This document shows, piece after piece, positions 30,134-41,783 of a DNA stretch of 64,000 nucleotides. Position 1 is the first letter of the stretch. Each line of letters starts with the position of its first letter. The notes beneath the pieces are model-generated. The model had not been told where the DNA came from. It saw only the letters and a list, made by a program, of their open reading frames with translations, and ran no database searches. The stretch spans positions 194-64,193 of the forward strand of contig CACLWW010000005.1 in NCBI GenBank assembly GCA_902610755.1, written 5' to 3'. The stretch comes from an uncultured Pelagibacteraceae bacterium. GTDB taxonomy: Bacteria; Pseudomonadota; Alphaproteobacteria; Pelagibacterales; Pelagibacteraceae. Position numbers and translations under genes: made by a program.

Positions 30134-31708
30134 TTAAATTCCTTTAACTTTTTGGTGTTTAATACTCTCATTCATAGCTTTTTTCTCTCGCTTTATTAAC
30201 ATTTTATTTAATGCATTCAAGTAAGCATTTGCTGAAGCAACTAGTGTATCAGTATCTGCAGATTGTCCAACAGTAGATCTGTCATTTTCCTCAATCTTGA
30301 CACTTACAGTTGCCTGAGCGTCAGTGCCTTCTGTTACAGCATGAACTTGATATAATAAAAGCTTCATGTCATGGGGATATAACGCTTTGATACACTTAAA
30401 TGTCGCATCAACAGGGCCATCTCCCGTCTGTGAAGTTTTTTTAATTTCGCCAAAGACATCCAGTGTCATCTCAGCTTTTTGGGGTTCTCCAGTTCCTGCA
30501 AAAACTTTCAAAGATTTTAAATTGATAGCATTTATTTTATTGTCAATTATTAAGCTATCATCTACTAAAGCAATAATATCTTCATCATAAACATGCTTTT
30601 TCTTATCAGCTAAAACTTTAAATTTTCCAAATGCAGCTTGCACAACATCGTCTGTTAAGTCTGAATATCCTAAATCACTTAACTTATCTTTAAATGCATG
30701 CCTTCCAGAATGCTTACCCATTACTAAAGATGTTTTTTTAACACCAACACTTTCTGGTGTCATAATTTCATATGTTTCTCTATTTTTTAACATTCCATCT
30801 TGATGAATTCCTGACTCATGTGCAAAAGCATTTTTACCAACTATTGCTTTATTAAATTGAACTGGAAATCCAGTAGCGTTCGAAACTATCTTTGAGGCTT
30901 TGCTTATAAGTTCTGTTTTAATTCCTGTTTCATAAGGCATTAAATCATTTCTTGTTTTAATAGCCATTACAATTTCTTCCAAAGCAGCGTTACCTGCTCT
31001 TTCTCCAATTCCATTGATAGTACATTCAATTTGTCTAACACCTGCAGATAAACCTGCTAAAGCATTTGCAACTGCTAAACCTAAATCATTATGGCAATGT
31101 GCTGATATAATTGCTTTATCTATGTTTGGTACTTTGTTTTTTATATGTGTTATTGTTCGCGCAAATTCCTCAGGAATTGAATACCCAACGGTATCAGGTA
31201 TATTAATTGTAGTCGCACCACATTTAATTGCTAGCTCGATAGTTTTACACATAAAATCTAAATTTGTTCTAGTTCCATCTTCACAAGACCACTCTACATC
31301 GTTAGTAAACTTTCTTGCGTAAGTTACACTTTCTTTAATTGCATCTAAAACTTGGTCGTTAGTCATATCAAGTTTATGCTTCATGTGAACTGGACTAGTG
31401 GAGATAAAAGTATGAATTCTAAATCTTTTTGCAAACTTAAGTGACTCATGACAAGCATCTATATCTTTTTTTAATGCTCTTGATAAACCGCACGGTATAG
31501 AATTCTTCACACTTTTACTTATTTCCGAAACTGCTTCAAAATCACCAGGAGATGAAATTGGAAATCCTGCCTCAATTATATCAATTCCCATCTCATCAAA
31601 TACTCTTGAAATTTGAATTTTTTCTTCAACACTCATTGAAGCCCCAGGTGATTGCTCACCGTCTCTCATTGTCGTGTCAAAGATATAAACTTTTTCTTTG
31701 TCGCTCAT
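30134..31708 (-). CDS. leuA: 2-isopropylmalate synthase
   Basis: FDTTMRDGEQSPG, HCHNDLG, GIGERAGN, HESGIHQDG. Confidence 0.97.
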   Translation of the reverse strand: MSDKEKVYIFDTTMRDGEQSPGASMSVEEKIQISRVFDEMGIDIIEAGFPISSPGDFEAVSEISKSVKNSIPCGLSRALKKDIDACHESLKFAKRFRIHTFISTSPVHMKHKLDMTNDQVLDAIKESVTYARKFTNDVEWSCEDGTRTNLDFMCKTIELAIKCGATTINIPDTVGYSIPEEFARTITHIKNKVPNIDKAIISAHCHNDLGLAVANALAGLSAGVRQIECTINGIGERAGNAALEEIVMAIKTRNDLMPYETGIKTELISKASKIVSNATGFPVQFNKAIVGKNAFAHESGIHQDGMLKNRETYEIMTPESVGVKKTSLVMGKHSGRHAFKDKLSDLGYSDLTDDVVQAAFGKFKVLADKKKHVYDEDIIALVDDSLIIDNKINAINLKSLKVFAGTGEPQKAEMTLDVFGEIKKTSQTGDGPVDATFKCIKALYPHDMKLLLYQVHAVTEGTDAQATVSVKIEENDRSTVGQSADTDTLVASANAYLNALNKMLIKREKKAMNESIKHQKVKGI

Positions 31709-31797
31709 AAAATAATAAATTTAATTATTAAGATAATACATTCTCTAGCACAGATTGCAAAATAAAAGAGTTAAACTAGTTATTTATTAGTTCTAAA

Positions 31798-32835
<1,038 letters not shown>

Positions 32836-33384
32836 TTATTTAAAAACTTCAGCCCCTCTAGTCATTGCTACAGCACCAGTTCTCGATACACTTACTAAAC
32901 CAGTCTTTTTAAGATCATTCATTATAGTATCTATCTCTCTTCTTAAAGCAGTAATTTGTATTACTACTGATTTATTTGTTTTATCTAATACAACGGGATT
33001 AAATTTTTTGCAAAACTTAATAGCTTTCTTTCTTCTAATGTTATTGCCCACAATCTTTAGTAAAGCCATTTCTTTAAAAATTATTTTCTTATCACCCCTC
33101 ATAAAATCAGCAACTTTATGAACGGGCACTAATTTTCCTAATTGAAGTTTAATCTGCTCTATAACTTGTGGTGTACCAGTGGTAACTATTGTAATTCTTG
33201 AAATGTTTAATTTAGAGTCAACTTCAGCAACTGCTAAAGACTCGATGTTGTATCCTCTTCCAGAAAATAAACCAACAACTCTTGCTAAAACACCTGCTTC
33301 ATTATCAACCCAAACAACAATAACATGTGTATCACTTTTTTGTTTTTTTCCAGGGATGCTATAAGCTGATTTAGGTTTTGACAT
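32836..33384 (-). CDS. ilvH: Acetolactate synthase small subunit
   Basis: NEAGVLARVVGLFSGRGYNIESL (ACT domain). Confidence 0.95.
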   Translation of the reverse strand: MSKPKSAYSIPGKKQKSDTHVIVVWVDNEAGVLARVVGLFSGRGYNIESLAVAEVDSKLNISRITIVTTGTPQVIEQIKLQLGKLVPVHKVADFMRGDKKIIFKEMALLKIVGNNIRRKKAIKFCKKFNPVVLDKTNKSVVIQITALRREIDTIMNDLKKTGLVSVSRTGAVAMTRGAEVFK

Positions 33385-35150
33385 TAAACTAAAGTTTTTC
33401 CTTTTCCAGTAATCTTATTTTCTTTTTGATCATTTGGACCTAACAACATTTGGTTATGTGGTTTACCAGATGGTATCATTGGAAAACAATTTTCTTCTTT
33501 GTCAACTAGACAATCAAAAATAACGGGTTTATTTACATTTATCATTTCTTTTATTTTTTCATCAAGTTCATCAGGAGTTTTGGCCCTTATACCGACACAT
33601 CCATAAGCTTCAGCTAGTTTTACAAAATCTGGAAGCGCTGCAGTGTAACTTTCTGAATAATTTTTTTCGTGAAGAAGTTCCTGCCATTGTCTAACCATTC
33701 CCATATACTCGTTGTTTAAAATAAAAATTTTAATAGGTAAATTATATTGAACTGCTGTAGACATTTCTTGTATTGTCATTAACACAGAGGCCTCTCCCGC
33801 AATATCAACCACCAATTTATCAGGATGTGCAATTTGAACACCAACTGCTGCGGGCAATCCGTATCCCATTGTTCCTAAACCTCCAGAAGTCATCCATCTG
33901 TTTGGTTTATTAAATTTATAATGTTGCGCTGCCCACATTTGATGTTGGCCTACTTCAGTAGTTATATAAGTATCTTTATCTTTTGTAAGCTCATACAATC
34001 TTTGAATAGCGTGTTGTGGTTTTATGGTTTTATCACTGTTTATAAAATTAAGTGAGTTCACCGATCTCCATTCGGAAATTTTCTCCCACCATTTTGAAGT
34101 TTTTTCTTTATTAGAACTTGCAAAATTTGGATTCTTTTTCTTTAGAGTCTTTATTACCGAAAGCATCACCTCAGAAACATCACCGACAATTGGTAAATCA
34201 ACTTTTACATTTTTATTGATAGATGATGGATCGATATCTATATGAACCTTTTTCGATTTTGGTGAAAACTCATCTATCTTTCCAGTTATTCTATCATCAA
34301 ACCTTGCACCAATGTTAATCATCAAATCACAATCATGCATTGCATTGTTTGCTTCATAAGTTCCGTGCATACCAAGCATTCCTAAAAATTGATTATCATC
34401 CCCAGGATATGATCCTAAGCCCTGTAAAGTAGAAGTTATCGGAAAACCTGTAAGTGATACTAGTTCTCTTAATAACTCGCTAGCTTTTGGTCCAGAATTA
34501 ATTACACCTCCGCCAGTATATAATATTGGTCTTGATGAATTTACCATTAACTTTACAAGTTGATCAATTTCACTTTGATTAAATTTGTTATGAATTTTGC
34601 CATTTAGTTTTTTTCTTTTGATTGAACTAACATATTTTGTTTTTTGAAACTGAATATCTTTTGGTATATCAACTAGAACAGGTCCTGGTCTTCCTGTTGT
34701 GGCAACTTCAAAGGCCTTATATATAATTTTTGATAAGTCTTTAACATCCTTTACAAGCCAATTATGTTTTGTACATGGCCTTGTAATTCCTGTTGTGTCA
34801 CACTCTTGAAACGCATCTGTGCCGATTAAATGAGTGGGAACTTGTCCAGATATACAAACTAATGGTATTGAGTCCATGTATGCATCTGTCAAAGCAGTAA
34901 CAGCATTAGTTGCTCCTGGTCCAGAAGTAACCAATACTACTCCAGGCTTACCGGAAGACCTTGCGTATCCTTCTGCTGCATGTCCCGCACCTTGTTCATG
35001 TCTTACTAAAATATGTTTTATACTTTCGTGATTTTTTAATTCATCATAAATTGGAAGAACCGCACCACCAGGATAACCAAATATATATTCTACGTCTTGA
35101 TCCTCAAGACATTTGAAAACAATTTCTGCACCTGAATATAATTTAGACAT
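33384..35150 (-). CDS. ilvI: Acetolactate synthase large subunit
   Basis: FGYPGGA, RHEQGA, GMLGMHG, VGQHQMW, SGGLGTMG, MVRQWQ. Confidence 0.97.
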   Translation of the reverse strand: MSKLYSGAEIVFKCLEDQDVEYIFGYPGGAVLPIYDELKNHESIKHILVRHEQGAGHAAEGYARSSGKPGVVLVTSGPGATNAVTALTDAYMDSIPLVCISGQVPTHLIGTDAFQECDTTGITRPCTKHNWLVKDVKDLSKIIYKAFEVATTGRPGPVLVDIPKDIQFQKTKYVSSIKRKKLNGKIHNKFNQSEIDQLVKLMVNSSRPILYTGGGVINSGPKASELLRELVSLTGFPITSTLQGLGSYPGDDNQFLGMLGMHGTYEANNAMHDCDLMINIGARFDDRITGKIDEFSPKSKKVHIDIDPSSINKNVKVDLPIVGDVSEVMLSVIKTLKKKNPNFASSNKEKTSKWWEKISEWRSVNSLNFINSDKTIKPQHAIQRLYELTKDKDTYITTEVGQHQMWAAQHYKFNKPNRWMTSGGLGTMGYGLPAAVGVQIAHPDKLVVDIAGEASVLMTIQEMSTAVQYNLPIKIFILNNEYMGMVRQWQELLHEKNYSESYTAALPDFVKLAEAYGCVGIRAKTPDELDEKIKEMINVNKPVIFDCLVDKEENCFPMIPSGKPHNQMLLGPNDQKENKITGKGKTLV

Positions 35151-35186
35151 TTGGCCAATCTAGCTGAAGTTGAGCTAATTGGTCAA
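35151..35186 (-). promoter_or_regulatory. Putative leaderless sigma70 promoter embedded in an imperfect palindrome before ilvI
   Basis: TTGACC-N18-TAGATT-6nt-ATG; arms TTGACCAAT-TAGCT / AGCTA-G-ATTGGCCAA. Confidence 0.45.
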
Positions 35187-35199
35187 GTTTTAGCAGAAA

Positions 35200-36111
35200 T
35201 TATTTTAAAATTTTTTTGAATGGATTTTTTGATTTTGGATCAATTTTGTGCCAATTAATCATATGACCTCGAGACCAAGTACTCTGTCTTTTGGCGTATT
35301 GTCTAGTTTTTATTAATATCTGTTCTTTAATATCCTTCAATTCAGCTTTTTTACTTAAATAAGAGTTAATCTCTTTAATACCAATCACATGATTAACGGT
35401 ATTCAGTTTGTTAATTTTAATGAGATTGAATTTCTTTACTTCTTTTATGGCTCCTAAATCGAACATCCTATCAATTCTTTTTTCGATGTTTTTTATTAAT
35501 TTGTCTCTTGGATAATCCACATAAGTCATCACAAACTCATTCTTATCGAAAAAGGTCTTTGTTTCTTTAAACCATTTGTATAATGATTTTTTTGTAAGCT
35601 TTTTAACTTCGTATGCTCTTATTGATCTATTAACATCATTTGAATTAATAAATTTTTTAGATACAGGATCTAATTTAACTAATTTTTTATAAAATTGCTC
35701 CTGGCCTAATTCGTTGTGAAGCTTAAGTATCTTGTTTTTTTCTGAAAGTTTGAACTTTGGAATTCTTACTAGCCCATCCACTAAAGCTTTAAAATAAAGA
35801 CCAGTTCCACCTACAATAATTGGGATCTTTTTCTTTTTTCTAATTAAATTTATTATTTTGATACATTCTTTGAGCCATTGACCTGTTGAAAATCTTTTTC
35901 GTACATCAATAATGCCGAATAAATGATGTTTAATTTTTTTTTGATCTTTTTCTGAAGGCCTTGCTGTAAGTATTTTAAGCTGCTTATAAACCTGCATACT
36001 GTCAGCATTAACGATTTCTCCATTAATTTTTTTCGCTAAGTTGATTGCTATTTTTGATTTTCCTGAAGCTGTTGGTCCAGCTATAAGAATGATTTTGGAC
36101 TTGTAGTCCAT
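35200..36111 (-). CDS. miaA: tRNA dimethylallyltransferase
   Basis: GPTASGKS, NADSMQVY, VGGTGLY, TRQYAKRQ. Confidence 0.96.
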   Translation of the reverse strand: MDYKSKIILIAGPTASGKSKIAINLAKKINGEIVNADSMQVYKQLKILTARPSEKDQKKIKHHLFGIIDVRKRFSTGQWLKECIKIINLIRKKKKIPIIVGGTGLYFKALVDGLVRIPKFKLSEKNKILKLHNELGQEQFYKKLVKLDPVSKKFINSNDVNRSIRAYEVKKLTKKSLYKWFKETKTFFDKNEFVMTYVDYPRDKLIKNIEKRIDRMFDLGAIKEVKKFNLIKINKLNTVNHVIGIKEINSYLSKKAELKDIKEQILIKTRQYAKRQSTWSRGHMINWHKIDPKSKNPFKKILK

Positions 36112-36112
36112 G

Positions 36113-37510
36113 TTATTTTAATTTGACACCTATATATCTTTTTTGATTTTGATCATTAATTACAGCTATTAAAATCGTTTTACTTGAAGTCTTTAGGGCT
36201 GCATTTACTAAATTATTAAGTTCTGTTGCACTCTTAATATTTCTTTTTTGAGCTTCGACTATTAAATCACCAACTTTTAGATAATTAATAGGACTTTCTG
36301 TGTCTATCTTTGTTATAACAACTCCAGTTGTGTTTAGTGGAATTTTTTTCTCTACTAAGTCATCTCTTGTTATTTTTCTTACTTCAATTTTTAAACCGTC
36401 TATAAAAGTTGCTTTAGGTTTTGTTGGTTTTTCTGCTTTAAAGTCCTCAGAAGTCTCTAATCTTCCTAAAGTAATTTTTTTTATAATTTCTTTTTTATTT
36501 CTCCAAATCTTTACATTTACGACTTTTCCAACTTTTGTTTGTGCAACAATTAATGGAAGTTCTTGCATCTCATTAATCTTTTTACCATCAAACTCTAAAA
36601 TTATATCACCATCCTTTATCCCGGCTTTATCTGATGGGCTACCCGGTGCAACACTTGCAACTAATGCACCTCGAGCTTTTTTCAATTTTTCTACATCTGC
36701 TATTTCTTTGGTGACTGTTTGTATTCTTACTCCTAACCAACCTCTTTTTGTTTCACCAAATTCTAAAAGTTGATCTATTACTAGTTTGGCACTATTTGAT
36801 GGTATAGCAAATCCAATACCGATGGATCCTGATTGACCTAATATAGCAGTATTAATTCCTATTACTTCTCCTTTCATGTTAAATAGAGGACCTCCAGAAT
36901 TTCCCGAGTTTATAGATGCATCCGTTTGAATAAAATCTTCATAACGCGCCATACCAATATTTCTATTTCTTGCTGAAACTATTCCTGCAGTTACAGTTCC
37001 TCCTAATCCAAATGGATTTCCAATTGCTATTACCCAATCTCCAATTCTTGCAGTATCAGAGTTTCCAAACTTTACTGTTTCAAATTTGTCATCTGTAATT
37101 ATTTGTAGAACTGCAATATCAGATAAAGGGTCAGTTCCTAAAATTTTTGCTTTATATTCTTTATCACCATTTGCTCTTATGAATATATCTTCTGCACCTT
37201 GGATCACATGGTTGTTAGTTATAACAATTCCTTTTTTATCAATTATAAAGCCTGAGCCTAGTGCGCTTGATTTTCTTTTTTGAGGTGTTCCAAACTCTTT
37301 AAACATGTCTTCGAAAGGTGATCCTGGTGGGAATTCAAATGGGAAAGGATTTACGTTTTTAACAACAGTTGTAGATGTTGAGATATTTACAACCGCTGGC
37401 ATTAACTTTTCAGTTAAATCAGCAAATGAGGCGGGTCTTTCTTGTGAAATTGCTGAGTGACTGAATAATACAAAAACTATAATTGAAAATATCGATCTGA
37501 GGTCCCTCAT
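36113..37510 (-). CDS. degP: Do/DegP family serine endopeptidase
   Basis: TNNHV, SDIAV, QTDASINSGNSGGPL, two PDZ domains. Confidence 0.93.
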   Translation of the reverse strand: MRDLRSIFSIIVFVLFSHSAISQERPASFADLTEKLMPAVVNISTSTTVVKNVNPFPFEFPPGSPFEDMFKEFGTPQKRKSSALGSGFIIDKKGIVITNNHVIQGAEDIFIRANGDKEYKAKILGTDPLSDIAVLQIITDDKFETVKFGNSDTARIGDWVIAIGNPFGLGGTVTAGIVSARNRNIGMARYEDFIQTDASINSGNSGGPLFNMKGEVIGINTAILGQSGSIGIGFAIPSNSAKLVIDQLLEFGETKRGWLGVRIQTVTKEIADVEKLKKARGALVASVAPGSPSDKAGIKDGDIILEFDGKKINEMQELPLIVAQTKVGKVVNVKIWRNKKEIIKKITLGRLETSEDFKAEKPTKPKATFIDGLKIEVRKITRDDLVEKKIPLNTTGVVITKIDTESPINYLKVGDLIVEAQKRNIKSATELNNLVNAALKTSSKTILIAVINDQNQKRYIGVKLK

Positions 37511-37515
37511 TATCT

Positions 37516-37701
37516 TTATCCTTTAATAAACCATATTATAAAGAAACCAATTAAAACAAATATAATTCCACCTAATCTTAATTGTTTATCGTTAATCATT
37601 TTTAATTTTTCTAACATACTTTTCATTTTTGAGGGAAATAAGGCATAAAGAATTCCCTCTATAAAGAGAAATAAACCTAAAGCGACAATTAAGTCGTCCA
37701 T
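37516..37701 (-). CDS. DUF2065 (YjeT-like) membrane protein
   Basis: LGL..FIEG..YALFP, LRLGG; canonical position after hflC. Confidence 0.88.
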   Translation of the reverse strand: MDDLIVALGLFLFIEGILYALFPSKMKSMLEKLKMINDKQLRLGGIIFVLIGFFIIWFIKG

Positions 37702-37705
37702 TCTA

Positions 37706-38572
37706 CTATTGTTTGATTTGTGCTTTTACGTTTCCGAAGAATTTGAAAAATTCACTATCGGGTGACATTATAAGTGAAGTTTCACCGCCTATTAATGCTC
37801 TTTCATAAGCTTGCATCGCTCTATAGAATGCAAAAAATTCCGCATCTTTTCCAAAAGCATCAGCAAATATTTTATTACGCTGACCATCACCTTCACCCTT
37901 CATGATCTCTGATTTTTTTTGTGCCTCTGCAAGAATTACTGTGACCTCTTTATCAGCTGTAGATGTAATTGTTACAGCCATCTCTGCTCCTTTTGCTCTA
38001 AACTCTTTTGCTTCCCTCTCCCTTTCAGTTTGCATTCTTCTATAAATTGCATCACTGTTTGCCTGAGGTAAGTCTGCTCTTTTAATTCTTACATCAACTA
38101 TTTTTATACCAAAGTTTTGTGCCTCATTATTAACTCCCTCTTGAATAAGAGCCATTTGTTTATTTCTATCTTCAGATAATAAAGTTTGTAGTTCTTGAGT
38201 ACCTAAAACACTTCTTATTCTTGAGTTAATAATTGTTGATAATCTTGATCTAGCAACTCTTTCATTTCCAACAGAGATATAAAATTTTAATGGATCCACA
38301 ATTTGAAATCTTGCAAATGCATCAACAATTAATCTTTTTTGATCTGATGCAATAACTTCCTCTGGTGGAGCATCAAGGTTTAAAATTCTCTTATCTAAAA
38401 ATACAACGTTTTGTATAAATGGTAGCTTAAAGTTTAAACCTGGCTTCAGTAAAATTCTTTTTGGATCACCAAATTGAAGAACTATTGCTTGATTTACTTC
38501 TTTTACAATGAAGACTGAAAAGAATGCTGTCAAAGCAAGAACACCAATTACTGGAAGTATAATTTTTTTCAT
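37706..38572 (-). CDS. hflC: FtsH protease modulator HflC
   Basis: SPFH domain, RMQTEREREA, FFAFYRAMQAY. Confidence 0.95.
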   Translation of the reverse strand: MKKIILPVIGVLALTAFFSVFIVKEVNQAIVLQFGDPKRILLKPGLNFKLPFIQNVVFLDKRILNLDAPPEEVIASDQKRLIVDAFARFQIVDPLKFYISVGNERVARSRLSTIINSRIRSVLGTQELQTLLSEDRNKQMALIQEGVNNEAQNFGIKIVDVRIKRADLPQANSDAIYRRMQTEREREAKEFRAKGAEMAVTITSTADKEVTVILAEAQKKSEIMKGEGDGQRNKIFADAFGKDAEFFAFYRAMQAYERALIGGETSLIMSPDSEFFKFFGNVKAQIKQ

Positions 38573-39673
38573 TTAGTTCGTTTTCTTTTTTAGTTCTGGA
38601 AGTGGCAAGTAAGGAACAACCCCTGAACCTGCATTCTTCTCTATTATAACTTTATCAATGTCTGCTAAAACTTTTTCCATTGTTTCAAGATACATTCTTT
38701 CTTGTGTAACTTGTTTTGCATTTTTGTACTCATCAAAGATAGCTGTAAATCTACTTGCTTCACCTTCTGCTTTTGCAACAACTTCTTTTTTATATGCCTC
38801 AGCGGCTTGTAAAATTTTTTCAGCTTCACCCCGTGCCCTTGGGATTACATCATTAGCATAAGCTTCGGCCTCGTTTTTAGATCTCTCCATGTCAGCTCTT
38901 GCAGCTTGAACATCTCTAAAAGCATCAATTACTTGATCTGGTGGGTCAGCTTTTTGTGTTTGGACCTGTGTAATTTGAATCCCACTCTGATACTCGTCTA
39001 AAATACTTTGAATTATCTCACTTGCATCAATCTCTATTTGCGATCTTCCCTCAGTCAAAATTGGTTGAATGTCACTTCTTGCTATTACTTCTCTCATTGC
39101 TGTTTCTGCTGCAGCTTTAACCGTTCCCTCGGGGTCTTGAATTTTAAATAAAAAGTTTCCAGCATCTTTTATTACCCAGAAAACAGAAAAATCTATGTTC
39201 ACAATGTTTTCGTCTCCAGTTAACATTAAGCTTTCTTCTGGGACATCAGCTACAACACCTGATGTAAAACCTGTATCTCTTTCTGATCTAAAGCCAATAT
39301 CAATTCTATTAACTTTTGTTACTTTTGGAGTTAAAACGCTCTCAACTGGAAAAGGTATATGGTAATTTAATCCGGGTTGAGTTGTTGAAACAAATTTACC
39401 AAATCTTAAAACTACACCTTGTTCATCTGGTAAGACCCTGTAAAGTCCGCTTAGTGCCCATACGATAACTAGAATTGTAAGTCCAAAAAAAATCGGCTTG
39501 CCTCCACCTGAAGCTCCGCCAGGAAGAAATTTATTTATTTTATCTTGAAGATTTTTTATTAATTCATCTATGTTCGGTGGAGTTGGACCTCTTCTACCAG
39601 ATCCATTCCCTGAACCTCCTCCAGGGGGTGATCCCCATGGACTTCCACCTCTACCTCTAAAATCATCAACCAT
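38573..39673 (-). CDS. hflK: FtsH protease modulator HflK
   Basis: PWG/Gly-rich N-terminus, MLTGDENIV, PRARGEA, RMYLETME. Confidence 0.96.
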   Translation of the reverse strand: MVDDFRGRGGSPWGSPPGGGSGNGSGRRGPTPPNIDELIKNLQDKINKFLPGGASGGGKPIFFGLTILVIVWALSGLYRVLPDEQGVVLRFGKFVSTTQPGLNYHIPFPVESVLTPKVTKVNRIDIGFRSERDTGFTSGVVADVPEESLMLTGDENIVNIDFSVFWVIKDAGNFLFKIQDPEGTVKAAAETAMREVIARSDIQPILTEGRSQIEIDASEIIQSILDEYQSGIQITQVQTQKADPPDQVIDAFRDVQAARADMERSKNEAEAYANDVIPRARGEAEKILQAAEAYKKEVVAKAEGEASRFTAIFDEYKNAKQVTQERMYLETMEKVLADIDKVIIEKNAGSGVVPYLPLPELKKKTN

Positions 39674-39681
39674 GACAATGT

Positions 39682-39709
39682 ATATAGTGTCTTTAATGTG
39701 AAAAACAAG
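39682..39709 (-). promoter_or_regulatory. Putative RpoH (sigma32) promoter of hflK-hflC-DUF2065-degP
   Basis: CTTG-N17-ACTATAT ending 8 nt before the hflK ATG; fits the alphaproteobacterial RpoH consensus CTTG-N17-CyTATAT. Confidence 0.55.
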
Positions 39710-39755
39710 TTAAGTATGCTAAAACATCGTTATAAATAGTGGACTTAATGAAGCA

Positions 39756-40553
39756 ATGATTGAAAAACCAAGAGCAAAAACCTTTACAAAAAACCCAATA
39801 ATTGGGACCAAATACACAATAGCTGTATCAAGTGCCAAAGGTGGTGTTGGTAAATCTACTTTTGCATCTAATCTTGCTTTAGCTTTAAAAAAGCAAGGAT
39901 GTAAAGTTGGTTTATTAGACGCTGATATTTACGGTCCTTCATTACCAAAATTATTCGATATAGGAGACAAACCAGAAAGCGATGGTCAAAGATTAATTCC
40001 AATTTTAAAATATGATATTCAGTGTATGTCGATTGGTTTTCTAACAGATGAACAAACACCCATGATTTGGAGAGGACCTATGGTAACTAGTGCAATAAAA
40101 ACATTTACTCAAAAAGTTGCTTGGAAAGATTTAGATTTTATAATTGTAGATATGCCGCCTGGAACCGGTGATACCCAACTAACTTTTACTCAAGAAGTAA
40201 AAATGGATGGAGTGATAATAATTTCAACGCCCCAAGAGATAGCCTTACAAGATGTAAAAAGAGGGATTAAAATGTTCGACAAACTTGGAACAAAAATTAT
40301 TGGATTAATTGACAATATGAGTTTTTTCAAAGGGGATGATGGGAAGAAATATCACATATTTGGAGAGGGTGGTGTTAAAAAAACTGCAGAGGAATTTAAG
40401 AAAGATTTTTTATGTGAAATACCACTCGATCCAGAAGTAGGAAAACAAGGTGATAAAGGAATTCCAATTGTTGAGAGTAATCCAAACAATGACGTATCAA
40501 AGATTTATTTAGAATTAGCTTCTAAAATTAAATCAATTTATCTTTTAAATTAA
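39756..40553 (+). CDS. mrp: Mrp/ApbC Fe-S cluster carrier ATPase
   Basis: [32 protein letters not shown]. Confidence 0.93.
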   Translation: MIEKPRAKTFTKNPIIGTKYTIAVSSAKGGVGKSTFASNLALALKKQGCKVGLLDADIYGPSLPKLFDIGDKPESDGQRLIPILKYDIQCMSIGFLTDEQTPMIWRGPMVTSAIKTFTQKVAWKDLDFIIVDMPPGTGDTQLTFTQEVKMDGVIIISTPQEIALQDVKRGIKMFDKLGTKIIGLIDNMSFFKGDDGKKYHIFGEGGVKKTAEEFKKDFLCEIPLDPEVGKQGDKGIPIVESNPNNDVSKIYLELASKIKSIYLLN

Positions 40554-41475
40554 AAGCCTCCATCAATTCATTCCACTCCCTTTTAGAAAGCCCCGAACTT
40601 TCCATATCAACCTTTTCTCCTTTTATCAATTTTTGAATAATAAGTTTACCTTTTGATGAAACTTCAGATCCTCCAACTCTGTAGTCTAAAAAGGCATCGT
40701 AAGTAATAGGAACCCATTCTTTTAAGGTATTTAACATTGCGTCAGCATATGCTCTTATTTCATATTGTGCATGGCTGTCTGCTCTTAATCTTAAGAAATT
40801 CATTAAATTTAATAGATCAGTTTTCCAATACCACTGAGTGTAAGTATTTAGTGTTAGATTCATTCTTGCCAATTCTCTTGCAAGACCGGGTTCATTCTCT
40901 TCGACAACTGATCCATCATATCTTTCATTAAGCATTGTTTCATAGTTATCATAAGTTCTTTCAGCATCATCCTTCAATAAAGATAAAACTTTATTAGCCT
41001 GATCTCCTTCAAGCACCTCTCCCCTGCCTTGCCTGTTATTTTTTGATTGAGCTGCTAGATGTTCTTTTTTTGGTAAGTAAAATTCTTTATCCAAAATTGA
41101 ATATCTGGCTGAATACTCATTAACATTTGCAGTTCTATGTCTTATCCATTGTCTGGCAATAAAGATTGGTAATTTAACATGGTATTTTATTTCGCACATT
41201 TCAAATGGTGTGCTGTGCCAATGCCTCATTAAATATTTGATTAGACCACTATCAGTGGAAACTTGTTTAGTTCCTTTTCCATAAGATACTCGAGCTGCCT
41301 GAACTATTGATGTATCGTTACCCATATAATCAATTACCCTGATAAATCCATGATCTAATATTGGTATTGCTTCGTATAAAATTTTTTCCAAATTTGGAGC
41401 TGTTACTCTTTTCGTTTCATTTTTTTGTGATTGAAGATCACGAATTTCTTGAGTTTGTTCTTTAGTAAGTTTCAT
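40528..41475 (-). CDS. thyX: FAD-dependent thymidylate synthase
   Basis: H.TPFE, RQWIRHR..NEYSARY, ELAR; real start MKLTK at 41475 because the longer ORF-track start overlaps tmRNA. Confidence 0.95.
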   Translation of the reverse strand: MKLTKEQTQEIRDLQSQKNETKRVTAPNLEKILYEAIPILDHGFIRVIDYMGNDTSIVQAARVSYGKGTKQVSTDSGLIKYLMRHWHSTPFEMCEIKYHVKLPIFIARQWIRHRTANVNEYSARYSILDKEFYLPKKEHLAAQSKNNRQGRGEVLEGDQANKVLSLLKDDAERTYDNYETMLNERYDGSVVEENEPGLARELARMNLTLNTYTQWYWKTDLLNLMNFLRLRADSHAQYEIRAYADAMLNTLKEWVPITYDAFLDYRVGGSEVSSKGKLIIQKLIKGEKVDMESSGLSKREWNELMEAFNLKDKLI

Positions 41476-41513
41476 GAATTTTATTGAATCTTTATATATA
41501 ACTTTTATATTAA

Positions 41514-41781
41514 TAGAGTTGGTTTTCCAACTATGACGATAAACGAATTTCGTAATAAACATTACGGACGTGGGGGCAGTACCCACCACCTCCACCATTT
41601 ACAACTTACGGGGGTGAACTAGGATCGACGGATGTCTAAAGGCTATTTTTTCGTTCGGAATTGTTCCACCGTAACGGGCTATTTATAATTGCAAATGATA
41701 AATTTGCTCTTGCTGCTTAATTAATTTATTAATTAAGTAACGGGGTTTTGGGGCACCTGGCAACAGAACGCCCCTTTTTTT
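41514..41781 (+). ncRNA. ssrA: Two-piece (circularly permuted) alphaproteobacterial tmRNA, tag ANDKFALAA
   Basis: Acceptor piece ends GGGGGCAGTACCCACCACCTCCACCA (41597); short spacer; coding piece starts GGGGGTGAACTAGGATCGAC (41610); tag frame 41691-41720; 3' GGGGCACCTGGCAACAGAACGCCCC hairpin plus T-run. Confidence 0.93.
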
Positions 41782-41783
41782 GT

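Noticed and set aside
31709-31797. Leucine attenuator or leader peptide before leuA
   Set aside because: No Leu-rich mini-ORF or strong hairpin in this very AT-rich spacer
41476-41598. 41-aa N-terminal extension of ThyX
   Set aside because: It is the antisense of the tmRNA acceptor piece and promoter; the start at 41475 fits better
41560-41600. tRNA-like 3' end (CCACCA) as a tRNA gene or prophage att site
   Set aside because: Explained by the tmRNA acceptor piece; no duplicate copy or integrase seen
41748-41783. TTG start for the FkbM ORF
   Set aside because: Lies inside the tmRNA 3' hairpin; ATG at 41784 preferred
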